Shown here: one piece after another, positions 56,069 to 64,000 of the stretch | Layout: every line of letters begins with the position of its first letter | How positions within the stretch are numbered: position 1 is the stretch's first letter | Virus record (IMG/VR): IMGVR_UViG_3300021962_000054 | Span: 1-64,000 of that record | Length of the DNA: 64,000 bases | Reading direction: 5' to 3' (one strand) | Origin: a virus | The notes under the pieces: generated by a model | Told to the model about the DNA's origin: nothing | The model's input: only the letters and a program-made list of their open reading frames with translations | Database searches by the model: none | Translations under genes and position numbers: made by a program

Positions 56069-56830
56069 CTATGTAAAATCGATCTTATCAGCATAGACTT
56101 GTAATTTGTTTATTTTTTCATGTATCAATCCTTCTATGTCAGCATAGTTTGTTATAAGATCCTTGTAATTGTTTTCTAAATCTAAGATTGTATTGCTCTT
56201 TACGAAATTTTGTTCGCAAAAAGCAGGTAATGTATCATAATGTAAATCTATCACAGAGAGTCCAATATTTTTTATAAAGGTGTTTATTTTTTGCTGTATC
56301 AGATATTCTAGTACTTTAAGATCTATGACTTTATGCATTTCGTCTGTGATAGTGATGGGTCTTTTTTTGATTTGATAATCCTTATGCCAGTAATTTGTAT
56401 GCACCATCCATTTGTTTTTATAATCGGCATATAGATAGCTCATTGTGCTGTCTACTGGATCCCTGTCGATATTATAAATCGCATCATACTTTTTGAAGTC
56501 ATAGGTGCTGCTAATGTTTTGGATGTATTGGAAATCATCTAAATCATTATAAAGAAGAAGGTGTTTTGGAAAAAACTTTATCACGAATCCTCTAGGGTCA
56601 GAAAATAGCTCTTCTGTAAATTTTTTAGTTTGGGTCTCAAATTGATCAAGTTCTATTTTATAATTCCTAAGTTGTAGTTTGGGCACTAATCTGAGTAACG
56701 GGTCGATTTGTAGCGAAAGCGGAATTCTGTGATAGTATTCCATTTTATTTGATATTTTATAAAATTCGGCTAATGTATAACATAATAAACTACTTCTAGT
56801 TCTATGTCTGGAAACAATAAGGATACGCAT
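56069..56830 (-). CDS. Sulfotransferase-like protein (paralogue)
   Basis: MRILIVSRHRTRSS, RDPVDSTMSY. Confidence 0.6.
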   Translation of the reverse strand: MRILIVSRHRTRSSLLCYTLAEFYKISNKMEYYHRIPLSLQIDPLLRLVPKLQLRNYKIELDQFETQTKKFTEELFSDPRGFVIKFFPKHLLLYNDLDDFQYIQNISSTYDFKKYDAIYNIDRDPVDSTMSYLYADYKNKWMVHTNYWHKDYQIKKRPITITDEMHKVIDLKVLEYLIQQKINTFIKNIGLSVIDLHYDTLPAFCEQNFVKSNTILDLENNYKDLITNYADIEGLIHEKINKLQVYADKIDFT

Positions 56831-56897
56831 CTAGGATTACCTTTATTTTTGAATGAATCAAGGGTATTTAGTATAATAATCATACGGAGATTAGCTT

Positions 56898-57065
56898 ATG
56901 AAACAGGTAACTTTGGAAAATATTTATAACAAGGAACGATATACCAGTGTGGGTAAGCAAACTAAAAAGTATATTGATGGGGTTGAATACATAAAAGTTG
57001 TTTTGGAAGGAACTCAGCGAGAAGTATTAATTCGCAGAGACTATGTAAAGAAGGTAAATAAATAA
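56898..57065 (+). CDS. Small hypothetical protein (55 aa)
   Basis: SD ggag; KYIDGVEYIKV. Confidence 0.6.
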   Translation: MKQVTLENIYNKERYTSVGKQTKKYIDGVEYIKVVLEGTQREVLIRRDYVKKVNK

Positions 57066-57074
57066 AGAGGACAT

Positions 57075-57635
57075 ATGGCAGTTTTAGCATTAGATATCAG
57101 TGGAAATCCTCGACAGTGGATAAGTCACGACATGGCTATCGTTTACCATGCAAAAAAATCTGTCGCTTGGTCTTTAGGAGAAGTGATCGCGAAGTATAGG
57201 GGCGGCTACCAAAATAACGGTAATCAATCCTATATCGAAACTCCTAGCATAATAGCTATCAGGGGAAATGGGTTCAATCCTGCAAGACAGGGACGGGTAA
57301 CATTGACAAATAAAACTTTATTCGGTCGAGACAGACATATCTGTGCCTATTGCGGAGGACATTTCCCCAACACTACCCAATTGAGCAGAGATCATATCGT
57401 ACCACGTAGCAAAGGCGGAGTAGACGATTGGATGAATGTTGTCACTGCTTGTAAACGTTGCAACACACATAAGGGTCAAAAGTCACTGAAAGAGGCACGC
57501 CTTGAGTTGATCTATGTACCTTATGTTCCTAATCATTTTGAGAATCTTATATTACAAAATAGGAATATCCTCGCGGATCAAATGGAATATCTACTATCTG
57601 GTGTACCCAAACATAGTAGAGTTTTGTTATGCTAG
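57075..57635 (+). CDS. HNH endonuclease (McrA-like family)
   Basis: RD...CAYCG...RDHIVPRSKGG..W.NVVTAC..CN..KG. Confidence 0.9.
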   Translation: MAVLALDISGNPRQWISHDMAIVYHAKKSVAWSLGEVIAKYRGGYQNNGNQSYIETPSIIAIRGNGFNPARQGRVTLTNKTLFGRDRHICAYCGGHFPNTTQLSRDHIVPRSKGGVDDWMNVVTACKRCNTHKGQKSLKEARLELIYVPYVPNHFENLILQNRNILADQMEYLLSGVPKHSRVLLC

Positions 57636-58198
57636 TTCAAAAGAATAAATTCGAGGTTCCATATTACATTTATAAAGTAGAAGATCATGAGGATCTAAAG
57701 TCCAAATTGATTCCTTTACTTGAGAAGATAGATGGAATCAATTCTGTACAGAGTTTTGAAACAATAAGCAAGTCAGATTGGAATACTAATCAGGATGCCA
57801 CTTATTTTAGAAAAAATTTCGTATTGAACAAAGAACCTAATTATTATTCTCTATTGGAACATCATATAGACAAAATTATTCATGAAGTTATTCCTGATAA
57901 AAATAAGAAATCTTTTTATGTGGGTCAAGGATGGTTTCACCAGTATAAAAAGATGAATTATTATTTTTATCACTGGCATCCGGGTTCAAGATGGGCATTA
58001 GTATACTATCTAGAGTTACCGGAAGATGGTCCTAAAACCGAGTTTGAAAACGAGTTTGGATTACCAATATGTCCTGATGTAAAAGAAGGAGATATACTCA
58101 TTTTTCCTAGCTGGATAAAACATCGGAGCCCTCCCAACAAATCTGTCGGTAGAAAGACAATTATTGCCTTTAATCTTGTAGAAAAAGAATCAGTATAG
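57629..58198 (+). CDS. 2OG-Fe(II) oxygenase
   Basis: HWH, VYYL, EGDILIFPSWIKH, IAFN. Confidence 0.75.
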   Translation: MLVQKNKFEVPYYIYKVEDHEDLKSKLIPLLEKIDGINSVQSFETISKSDWNTNQDATYFRKNFVLNKEPNYYSLLEHHIDKIIHEVIPDKNKKSFYVGQGWFHQYKKMNYYFYHWHPGSRWALVYYLELPEDGPKTEFENEFGLPICPDVKEGDILIFPSWIKHRSPPNKSVGRKTIIAFNLVEKESV

Positions 58199-58222
58199 TA
58201 CACTGATCTAAATAAACGAGTC

Positions 58223-58297
58223 GCCCACTTAGCACAGCGGTAGTGCAACTGATTTGTAATCAGTAGGTCGGGAGTTCAAATCTCTCAGTGGGCACCA
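58223..58297 (+). tRNA. trnT: tRNA-Thr(TGT)
   Basis: TT-TGT-AA, ACCA. Confidence 0.95.
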
Positions 58298-58348
58298 TCT
58301 CTTTTAGCTATAAATATAATAGTAACCCTAACATAAGGAGAAATTATT

Positions 58349-58507
58349 ATGTCATTTGAAGTAATATTGGCTATCATAGTTTTAGTAGGTTTTGGAGCAT
58401 TTCTATACCTCAGAAAAAAGAAAGCAGACGCTAATCGTGGTGCTAATGGAAGCAGCGGAAGCGGCGGCGAAATTCCAAAAACTGACGGAAAAGATAGTCT
58501 AAAATAA
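58349..58507 (+). CDS. Small single-pass membrane protein (52 aa)
   Basis: SD aaggag; N-terminal TM followed by RKKK. Confidence 0.65.
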   Translation: MSFEVILAIIVLVGFGAFLYLRKKKADANRGANGSSGSGGEIPKTDGKDSLK

Positions 58508-58608
58508 GAATTGTACAGCTTTTGTACTGTACAAAACTTCTACATTTCGGCCAGTAAGTATAAATAAGTTTGTGCAAGGATGCACAATCTACTATACAGG
58601 AGTTCGTT

Positions 58609-58860
58609 ATGAAGAAGTTAGCAATTGGTCTATTGGCATTGGTTTCTGTAACAGCAATGGCACAGGATCGTGTCAGCAAGTTTGATAAAAACGGTGACGC
58701 AAAGGTAGACTTTGCTGAACTAACATCAGTATGTGAAGTTAGCCAGAATCTTTTTATGAAGGCTGACAAGGATAATGATGGTGCATTGAGTAATGGTGAG
58801 ATGCGTACTGCTAAAGCATATTTGTTTAGCAAGTGCGGTAAGGAAGAAAAGAACGCCTGA
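58609..58860 (+). CDS. Secreted EF-hand protein
   Basis: Signal peptide AMA-Q; DKNGDAKVDFAE and DKDNDGALSNGE loops; SD aggag. Confidence 0.8.
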   Translation: MKKLAIGLLALVSVTAMAQDRVSKFDKNGDAKVDFAELTSVCEVSQNLFMKADKDNDGALSNGEMRTAKAYLFSKCGKEEKNA

Positions 58861-58900
58861 TAGTAGGTGTTAGTTTTACAACTCACCTCCAGAGGGTTGT

Positions 58901-58930
58901 GGGGCGATAGAAATATCGCCCCTTTTGTTT
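58901..58930 (+). terminator. Intrinsic terminator
   Basis: ggggcgata-gaaa-tatcgcccc followed by ttttgttt. Confidence 0.85.
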
Positions 58931-58949
58931 AGGCCATAAATAAAAATAT

Positions 58950-59528
58950 ATGAATTTGCGCGAAGTAGACAATTTTTTTCCTATTTTCTTACAAAAAGAC
59001 CTAATGGCTACCATACTCAAGACTGACTTTGTATGGGGATATACACGTAGCATCAATTCTGAAGATCAACTTCTTGTGCAAAAATGGTTGAAAAATGAAA
59101 GAGTCGTAGACGATTATGCATTTGTTCATATCCTTGACTTAGAAAGCGGAAAAGATAAAAGTTTGCTAGCGAATATAAAATTTTACATTCAAAAACATTT
59201 CAATGTCGAGGTGAATCAAATATTACGGGGAAGGTTTATTTTCTCTCCACCCAATTCTAAAGCACGTCCAGATAATATATTGATGCCACATATTGACTTA
59301 ATGACCCCTCATCAAACTCTGCTTTATTATATAAACACTAATGATGCCGAGACTGTATTTTTTGATCAATCATATAATGAACAGTTGCTAAATTATATTT
59401 TACCTGACACCTATTACGCTGTAAAACCAAAACAAGGCAAGGCTGTATTATTTGACGGACTGATACATCATGCTGGTAGGATATCAAATCAAGATAAAAG
59501 AATTTTACTAAGTGTCAATTTCATCTAA
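58950..59528 (+). CDS. 2OG-Fe(II) oxygenase
   Basis: PHID, LYYIN, PKQG.AVLFDG..HHAG, R....NF. Confidence 0.8.
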   Translation: MNLREVDNFFPIFLQKDLMATILKTDFVWGYTRSINSEDQLLVQKWLKNERVVDDYAFVHILDLESGKDKSLLANIKFYIQKHFNVEVNQILRGRFIFSPPNSKARPDNILMPHIDLMTPHQTLLYYINTNDAETVFFDQSYNEQLLNYILPDTYYAVKPKQGKAVLFDGLIHHAGRISNQDKRILLSVNFI

Positions 59529-59540
59529 ATATCAAAGTGT

Positions 59541-59616
59541 TGGCGAATAGCTCAGTCGGTAGAGCAGGTGACTGTTAATCACCCTGTCGCAGGTTCGATC
59601 CCTGCTTCGCCAGCCA
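59541..59616 (+). tRNA. trnN: tRNA-Asn(GTT)
   Basis: CT-GTT-AA, GCCA. Confidence 0.95.
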
Positions 59617-59671
59617 ACCCAATTATAATTGAATAATCATATAAATCATGTATAATAAACTTATGATGACT

Positions 59672-59748
59672 CGGGATGTAGCTCAGCCTGGTAGAGCATT
59701 TGCTTTGGGAGCAAAGGGTCCAAGGTTCGAATCCTTGTATCCCGACCA
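59672..59748 (+). tRNA. trnP: tRNA-Pro(TGG)
   Basis: C1-G72, TT-TGG-GA, ACCA. Confidence 0.95.
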
Positions 59749-59759
59749 CTAAATAAAAT

Positions 59760-60323
59760 ATGTTTACAGTTTATGAAAACTTATTGCCGAAACACTTATT
59801 CAACGGTTTGCATGACAGACTTTGTAGGGAGCCCGGTTGGAAGTATGATAATGCTTCGGATAAATCTAAAGAAAGTGAAAATAAACTAGTTTTCTGGCTC
59901 AAAGACTTAATGAATGATGAGTTATTTACTAAGGTATTGTTTGAAAAAATTTGTGAGGTAACCGAAACTAAATTTACTTTACTCAGAGTATACGCTAACG
60001 GACAGACATATGGACTGTCCGGCGATCTACACTATGATGATTCAAGGTTGAATGCACATACTTTTTTGTACTATACGAATCCTAAATGGATGGTACAGTG
60101 GGGCGGCAGCACGATATTCACGGAAATAACAAATCCAATACAAAATAAACTTACAGCAGCTACTCTCAAGGGAGATACCAGTAAGAGTGAAGTACAGCAA
60201 TTTTCGCCTAAACCAAACGCAGGGCTTTTTTATAAAAGTAATATCACACACGCAGGTCTGGAGCCCACAAGACATTGCAAAGAGCTAAGGATTACAGTAT
60301 CATATAAACTTCTTTTAGAATAG
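59760..60323 (+). CDS. 2OG-Fe(II) oxygenase (prolyl-hydroxylase-like)
   Basis: RVYANGQT.G..G.LHYD, WGG.T, H.G..P, R.TV.YK. Confidence 0.85.
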   Translation: MFTVYENLLPKHLFNGLHDRLCREPGWKYDNASDKSKESENKLVFWLKDLMNDELFTKVLFEKICEVTETKFTLLRVYANGQTYGLSGDLHYDDSRLNAHTFLYYTNPKWMVQWGGSTIFTEITNPIQNKLTAATLKGDTSKSEVQQFSPKPNAGLFYKSNITHAGLEPTRHCKELRITVSYKLLLE

Positions 60324-60324
60324 T

Positions 60325-60399
60325 GCGGGATTAACTCAGTGGTAGAGTAGCGCCTTTACACGGCGAATGTCGGGAGTTCGACCCTCTCATCCCGCACCA
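60325..60399 (+). tRNA. trnV: tRNA-Val(TAC)
   Basis: TT-TAC-AC, ACCA. Confidence 0.93.
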
Positions 60400-60450
60400 A
60401 TTCTCTTGAAATTATATACATTCTGTAGTAACATAATAAACATGAATTAT

Positions 60451-60536
60451 GCCTCGGTGGTGAAATTGGTAGACACAACAGACTTAAAATCTGTCGGCGA
60501 TTCGCTGTGCCGGTTCGAGTCCGGCCCGAGGCACCA
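60451..60536 (+). tRNA. trnL: tRNA-Leu(TAA)
   Basis: CT-TAA-AA, long variable arm, ACCA. Confidence 0.93.
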
Positions 60537-60555
60537 TATATATAGAATTTGATTT

Positions 60556-61062
60556 ATGAATAGATTTTCTGCCAATCATCAATTACAAGAAAGTAGAACG
60601 TTAGCAAAACATTATGTATTTCATATGCCTGACTTGCCTGATTTGTCGTGGGACGAGGTAGTGTCTTGCATGAATTATAATGTCAAAGAAAAAATTCCAC
60701 ATAAAACACAAGAAAATTTGGGACTAGTTTTACATAGTTGTTCTAACTTACCAAAAATTTTAGATGTACTTGACGAGTTCGCTATCTTGCAACCTGAAAA
60801 AAATCCTACAGCACATTTGTATATTTCTTTTTCTGAAAAATCAAAAACTTTTGGCTGGCATAAAGATTTTACTGAAGTTATATTTTGGCAAGCAATAGGG
60901 ACTACACTGTTTAGCGTAAAACAGGATGATACTGTTTTCAAGTACGAACTTCACCCAAATGATGTCATATACATACCTAAAGGAATGTGGCATAGCACGG
61001 AACCTCTAACTTCTAGAGTTGGAGTAAGTATGGGGTTTGATAAAGTATATAAGGGCCTATAG
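60556..61062 (+). CDS. JmjC/cupin oxygenase
   Basis: FGWHKD..V..WQ..G, L.P.D.IYIPKG.WH. Confidence 0.8.
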   Translation: MNRFSANHQLQESRTLAKHYVFHMPDLPDLSWDEVVSCMNYNVKEKIPHKTQENLGLVLHSCSNLPKILDVLDEFAILQPEKNPTAHLYISFSEKSKTFGWHKDFTEVIFWQAIGTTLFSVKQDDTVFKYELHPNDVIYIPKGMWHSTEPLTSRVGVSMGFDKVYKGL

Positions 61063-61128
61063 CATAACGGTTAATGCAGCGGACTCATAATCCGTTGAGT
61101 CTAGGTTCAAATCCTAGTGGGCCCACCA
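61053..61128 (+). tRNA. trnI: tRNA-Ile2(CAT), lysidine type (probable)
   Basis: GGGCCTA acceptor typical of Ile2, CT-CAT-AA; overlaps the JmjC stop. Confidence 0.75.
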
Positions 61129-61211
61129 TTTTTTTATATCTATCTATAATACACCCTATTTCCACCGTAAATACTACTGAGGAAACTTACCAATCCTCTG
61201 GAGGAAATAAA

Positions 61212-61442
61212 ATGGATAAAGTATTTGAACACGTAAGCGGCTTTCTAGGCCATTTAATGGATCTAGGAGTCAAATTACTAGCAGTAGGAGTACTATTCCA
61301 GATCCTATTCGGTGCAGCAGTACCGTTCTTGGGTCTTGATGTAGTCGGAGCAATCACAAACTTTGTGGGTGCTTTAGGTGAAAAAGGCCTAGTAGGCTTG
61401 GTAGCACTATGGGTATTGTTCTGGGCTTGGAATAAGAAGTAA
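61212..61442 (+). CDS. Small membrane protein
   Basis: SD ggagg; two hydrophobic segments, GLVGLVAL. Confidence 0.7.
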   Translation: MDKVFEHVSGFLGHLMDLGVKLLAVGVLFQILFGAAVPFLGLDVVGAITNFVGALGEKGLVGLVALWVLFWAWNKK

Positions 61443-61465
61443 GAACGATCTCATTGATGACAATG

Positions 61466-61497
61466 GACCCGCTTGAGCAATCAAGCGGGTTTTTTAT
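61466..61497 (+). terminator. Intrinsic terminator
   Basis: acccgcttga-gcaa-tcaagcgggt followed by a T run. Confidence 0.85.
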
Positions 61498-61533
61498 TAT
61501 AGATAGAAAACTAAGTAAATAACTAGATTACAC

Positions 61534-61623
61534 GGAGAGGTGGCAGAGCGGTTGATTGCAACAGTCTTGAAAACTGTCGAACGTGAAAGCGTTCCGTGAG
61601 TTCGAATCTCACCCCCTCCGCCA
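61534..61623 (+). tRNA. trnS: tRNA-Ser(TGA)
   Basis: CT-TGA-AA, long variable arm, GCCA. Confidence 0.93.
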
Positions 61624-61650
61624 AATCTATTAATAGGGAATATTGTATCA

Positions 61651-62202
61651 ATGATTTGTGAATCTACGCCATTATCTAATTTTATAAAAAAATTTGATAA
61701 AGTTATACCAGACAAATTGTGCGATACAATAATAAATGATTCCTATGAATACTATAAGCACCACTGGTATACAAACATCAATGGTGCAGTACCGGGTGAT
61801 AATAAAGATTTTGATCGATCATCTGTCAAAACAAAACACTATCTATTTTTGAAACCGATTCTGGATAAATGTATAGAAAAAGGACCTTTTTCAGATCATT
61901 TCAGTTTGATTGGGGAAAGTGAGGTACTTCTAAATCGATATAATGTCAGTACTAGAATGAGACCGCATTTCGATCACATAAATTCGTTGTTCGACGGACA
62001 AAAAAAAGGTATTCCAGTCTTGAGCATTGTTGGATTGTTAAATGATGATTTTGAGGGAGGAGATTTTCTTTTTTTTGAAAATTATAATATTTCTTTACAA
62101 AAAGGAGATATTGTAATTTTTCCCTCAAATTTTCTTTTCCCTCATGGGGTTTCTGATATTACCAATGGAACAAGATATAGCATAGTGCAATGGAGATGGT
62201 AA
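61651..62202 (+). CDS. 2OG-Fe(II) oxygenase (prolyl 4-hydroxylase-like)
   Basis: HFD, LNDDFEGG, FPSNFLFPH.V..I..GTRYS. Confidence 0.88.
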   Translation: MICESTPLSNFIKKFDKVIPDKLCDTIINDSYEYYKHHWYTNINGAVPGDNKDFDRSSVKTKHYLFLKPILDKCIEKGPFSDHFSLIGESEVLLNRYNVSTRMRPHFDHINSLFDGQKKGIPVLSIVGLLNDDFEGGDFLFFENYNISLQKGDIVIFPSNFLFPHGVSDITNGTRYSIVQWRW

Positions 62203-62253
62203 ATAAATTATCATGTTATACTACTATAGTCTTGCTACCGTGCTAATCTATTT

Positions 62254-62847
62254 ATGAAAGAGTGTGAAAATTTTCTTCCTCTTTTTTATCAAAAAAGGCT
62301 ACAAGGTTTGTTTGGATCAAATATTTTTCCCTGGCTTTATTACAAAAATGTAAGCGGTCTCGACGCAGCAGAGATGGCTAGCTTGTGTAAAGAAGATTCC
62401 AACATTAGAGAGGGATATGGTTTTCAACACTTGATTTATGGAGAAAATCAAAAATATGATAAACGACTATATGAAAATTTAAATTTTATAGAATTATTTT
62501 CTAAAGCAATAAAGTCAAAATTCTCTGTTGAAGTCAATCAAATACTTAGAATTATGGTTGGACTTACTTTGCCTGATATAACTTATAAACCTACTCAATA
62601 CTTTTGTCCGCATGTCGACAGGGTTACTACACACCAGACAGTTATATACAATATCAATACACATGATGCTGGCACTAGGATATTCAAAGAAAAATTTGAT
62701 GGAAAACCTAATCTCGACAAGAAAACACACATTCATACCGCTATTAGTAAACAGGGTAGTGCAATATTATTTGATGGGTTGACATATCATGCAGGCGCCA
62801 TACCAAATATGTTCGATAAACTAATAATCAACATCAATTTTGTATGA
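62254..62847 (+). CDS. 2OG-Fe(II) oxygenase (paralogue of 58950)
   Basis: PHVD, KQG.AILFDGL.YHAG, ININF. Confidence 0.8.
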   Translation: MKECENFLPLFYQKRLQGLFGSNIFPWLYYKNVSGLDAAEMASLCKEDSNIREGYGFQHLIYGENQKYDKRLYENLNFIELFSKAIKSKFSVEVNQILRIMVGLTLPDITYKPTQYFCPHVDRVTTHQTVIYNINTHDAGTRIFKEKFDGKPNLDKKTHIHTAISKQGSAILFDGLTYHAGAIPNMFDKLIININFV

Positions 62848-63656
62848 GCGATCTACTACATCTCAATACTAATTACTACGTGAACCCTAACGGGCTGGCA
62901 TTTGATTTTAGAGATAATAGTGAAATAACTTTGATAAAATTTTTAGGCTATGAAGTAAAACAAAAACCTATCGAACATTTGTTAAGATTTTGGAAAACTC
63001 TGTCACGAAAGTTAGCTGGTTCTGATTGCAACATAGTTATAGTAACAGATAGAGGTAATAATAGACATTATATCGCCAATTATTTTGGCATAGAAAATGT
63101 TTGTAACAATGTTTGGGAGTTATCGAAATTACTAAACGACAAAATCTACCTAAATAGTAAAACAAAACGATGTATCGTGTTCGCAGATTGCGGTGGCACT
63201 ATCCCCGCTATTTTGAGTTCTACCATAGTAAAATATCATAGCATAAATGTGACTACTCCCTATCTGACAATAGTCGGTTCAGAAAATGAGTTCGATACTA
63301 ATCAATATACATTGTGGTATTCTAGGGAGTTGTGTGTTGAAATATATCACGATGCACAGGAATTTAGGGATTATTACGATACTTTACAATATTATGATCG
63401 TTATACACAAGAACCAGACAGTTTATTGAATATGCATTGGGCATCTAATGTAAAAGGAACGGACCTATATTTCAGAAACAGGGCAAATCAATTACCAAAA
63501 AGATCAAATATCACAATCACAGATCATGTTTTACCGGCGCATATAGAAGGCCACAATCTAACAAAGTATCTATGGGCAAATAAGCAATATCAAGGGCTTC
63601 TAAAACAACAGTTATTGATACAAAAAGGATATCTAGATACTGTCACAAAACTGTAA
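62844..63656 (+). CDS. Hypothetical protein (degenerate alpha/beta-hydrolase-like)
   Basis: IVFADCGG resembles a nucleophile elbow; late GHNL. Confidence 0.45.
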   Translation: MSDLLHLNTNYYVNPNGLAFDFRDNSEITLIKFLGYEVKQKPIEHLLRFWKTLSRKLAGSDCNIVIVTDRGNNRHYIANYFGIENVCNNVWELSKLLNDKIYLNSKTKRCIVFADCGGTIPAILSSTIVKYHSINVTTPYLTIVGSENEFDTNQYTLWYSRELCVEIYHDAQEFRDYYDTLQYYDRYTQEPDSLLNMHWASNVKGTDLYFRNRANQLPKRSNITITDHVLPAHIEGHNLTKYLWANKQYQGLLKQQLLIQKGYLDTVTKL

Positions 63657-63760
63657 CTGTTTTACACACCATGTGCCTCTAAATACCGTTGCCCGTAAGT
63701 TTTATTTGGGTCATCGTGATCCATGTAAATAATCTCGTATAAAAACAAAGGAGACTATAA

Positions 63761-64000
63761 ATGAGTCAATTATCTGGTAAGATTTGGAGCAGGCTAACAG
63801 TTAGTTTAGCTGTCGCTTCAATAGCTCTAGTGTCACTCATGGGTAATCCCGTGAATGCGCAAGAGACGGCTGCCAGTGCTGCAGGTGTTGTTCAATCTGA
63901 ACAGGGTGCAGCTAGCGGCCTATCAGTTGAAGTGCTACACGTTCCATCAGGAACAGTCAGCAAATCAACTACTGATGCAAACGGTAGATATGTTCTACGC
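63761..64000 (+). CDS. TonB-dependent receptor-like protein, N-terminal part (truncated by the window edge)
   Basis: SD aaggag; signal peptide VNA-QET; VEVLHVPSGT....TDANGRY..R, as in the carboxypeptidase-regulatory-like domain of Oar-type receptors. Confidence 0.7.
   Translation, partial: MSQLSGKIWSRLTVSLAVASIALVSLMGNPVNAQETAASAAGVVQSEQGAASGLSVEVLHVPSGTVSKSTTDANGRYVLR

Noticed and set aside
47120-61715. ORF-track entries overlapping tRNAs (47120, 47264, 49889, 50343, 50711, 52436, 60367, 61497) and the extended starts at 54158, 56068 and 61074
   Set aside because: They run through clear tRNA cloverleaves or structured RNA; true starts were reassigned downstream where supported
1-64000. Stop-codon reassignment
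   Set aside because: Conserved genes are uninterrupted, TAA, TAG and TGA all end genes, and there is no suppressor anticodon (Leu TAA/TAG and Ser TGA are ordinary anticodons)

Overview
A 64-kb piece of a large, AT-rich T4-like tailed phage (myovirus) genome using the standard genetic code. Left to right: the 3' end of the gp46/SbcC ATPase and a PD-(D/E)XK resolvase-like nuclease; a ~410-nt highly structured non-coding gap; baseplate hub genes (minus strand); a tape-measure-like protein with a lysozyme-like domain; the head module (portal, protease, scaffold, major capsid); ~19 kb of six modular Asn/Gly/Thr-rich fibre genes; nrdA, nrdB and glutaredoxin; a PAAR protein; a Hint-domain protein; an SleB-like hydrolase; ahpC and ahpD. 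From 46.2 to 61.6 kb lies an array of 25 CCA-ending tRNA genes (19 amino acids, no Phe). It is interleaved with structured non-coding elements, a nuclease/methyltransferase pair and many 2OG-Fe(II) oxygenase, sulfotransferase-like and glycosyltransferase-like genes. The window ends in the start of a TonB-dependent-receptor-like gene. The best candidate for a new system is a 28-codon leader peptide that samples 17 amino acids, followed by mutually exclusive antiterminator and terminator hairpins just upstream of the tRNA array. It may be a tRNA-depletion-sensing attenuator. Other highlights: several pseudoknotted ncRNA candidates, a long-variable-arm tRNA with anticodon UAU, a tRNA-Thr(AGU), stop codons embedded in tRNA genes, and strong TTAA depletion. 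All calls come from reading motifs by eye; no database searches or folding programs were run.
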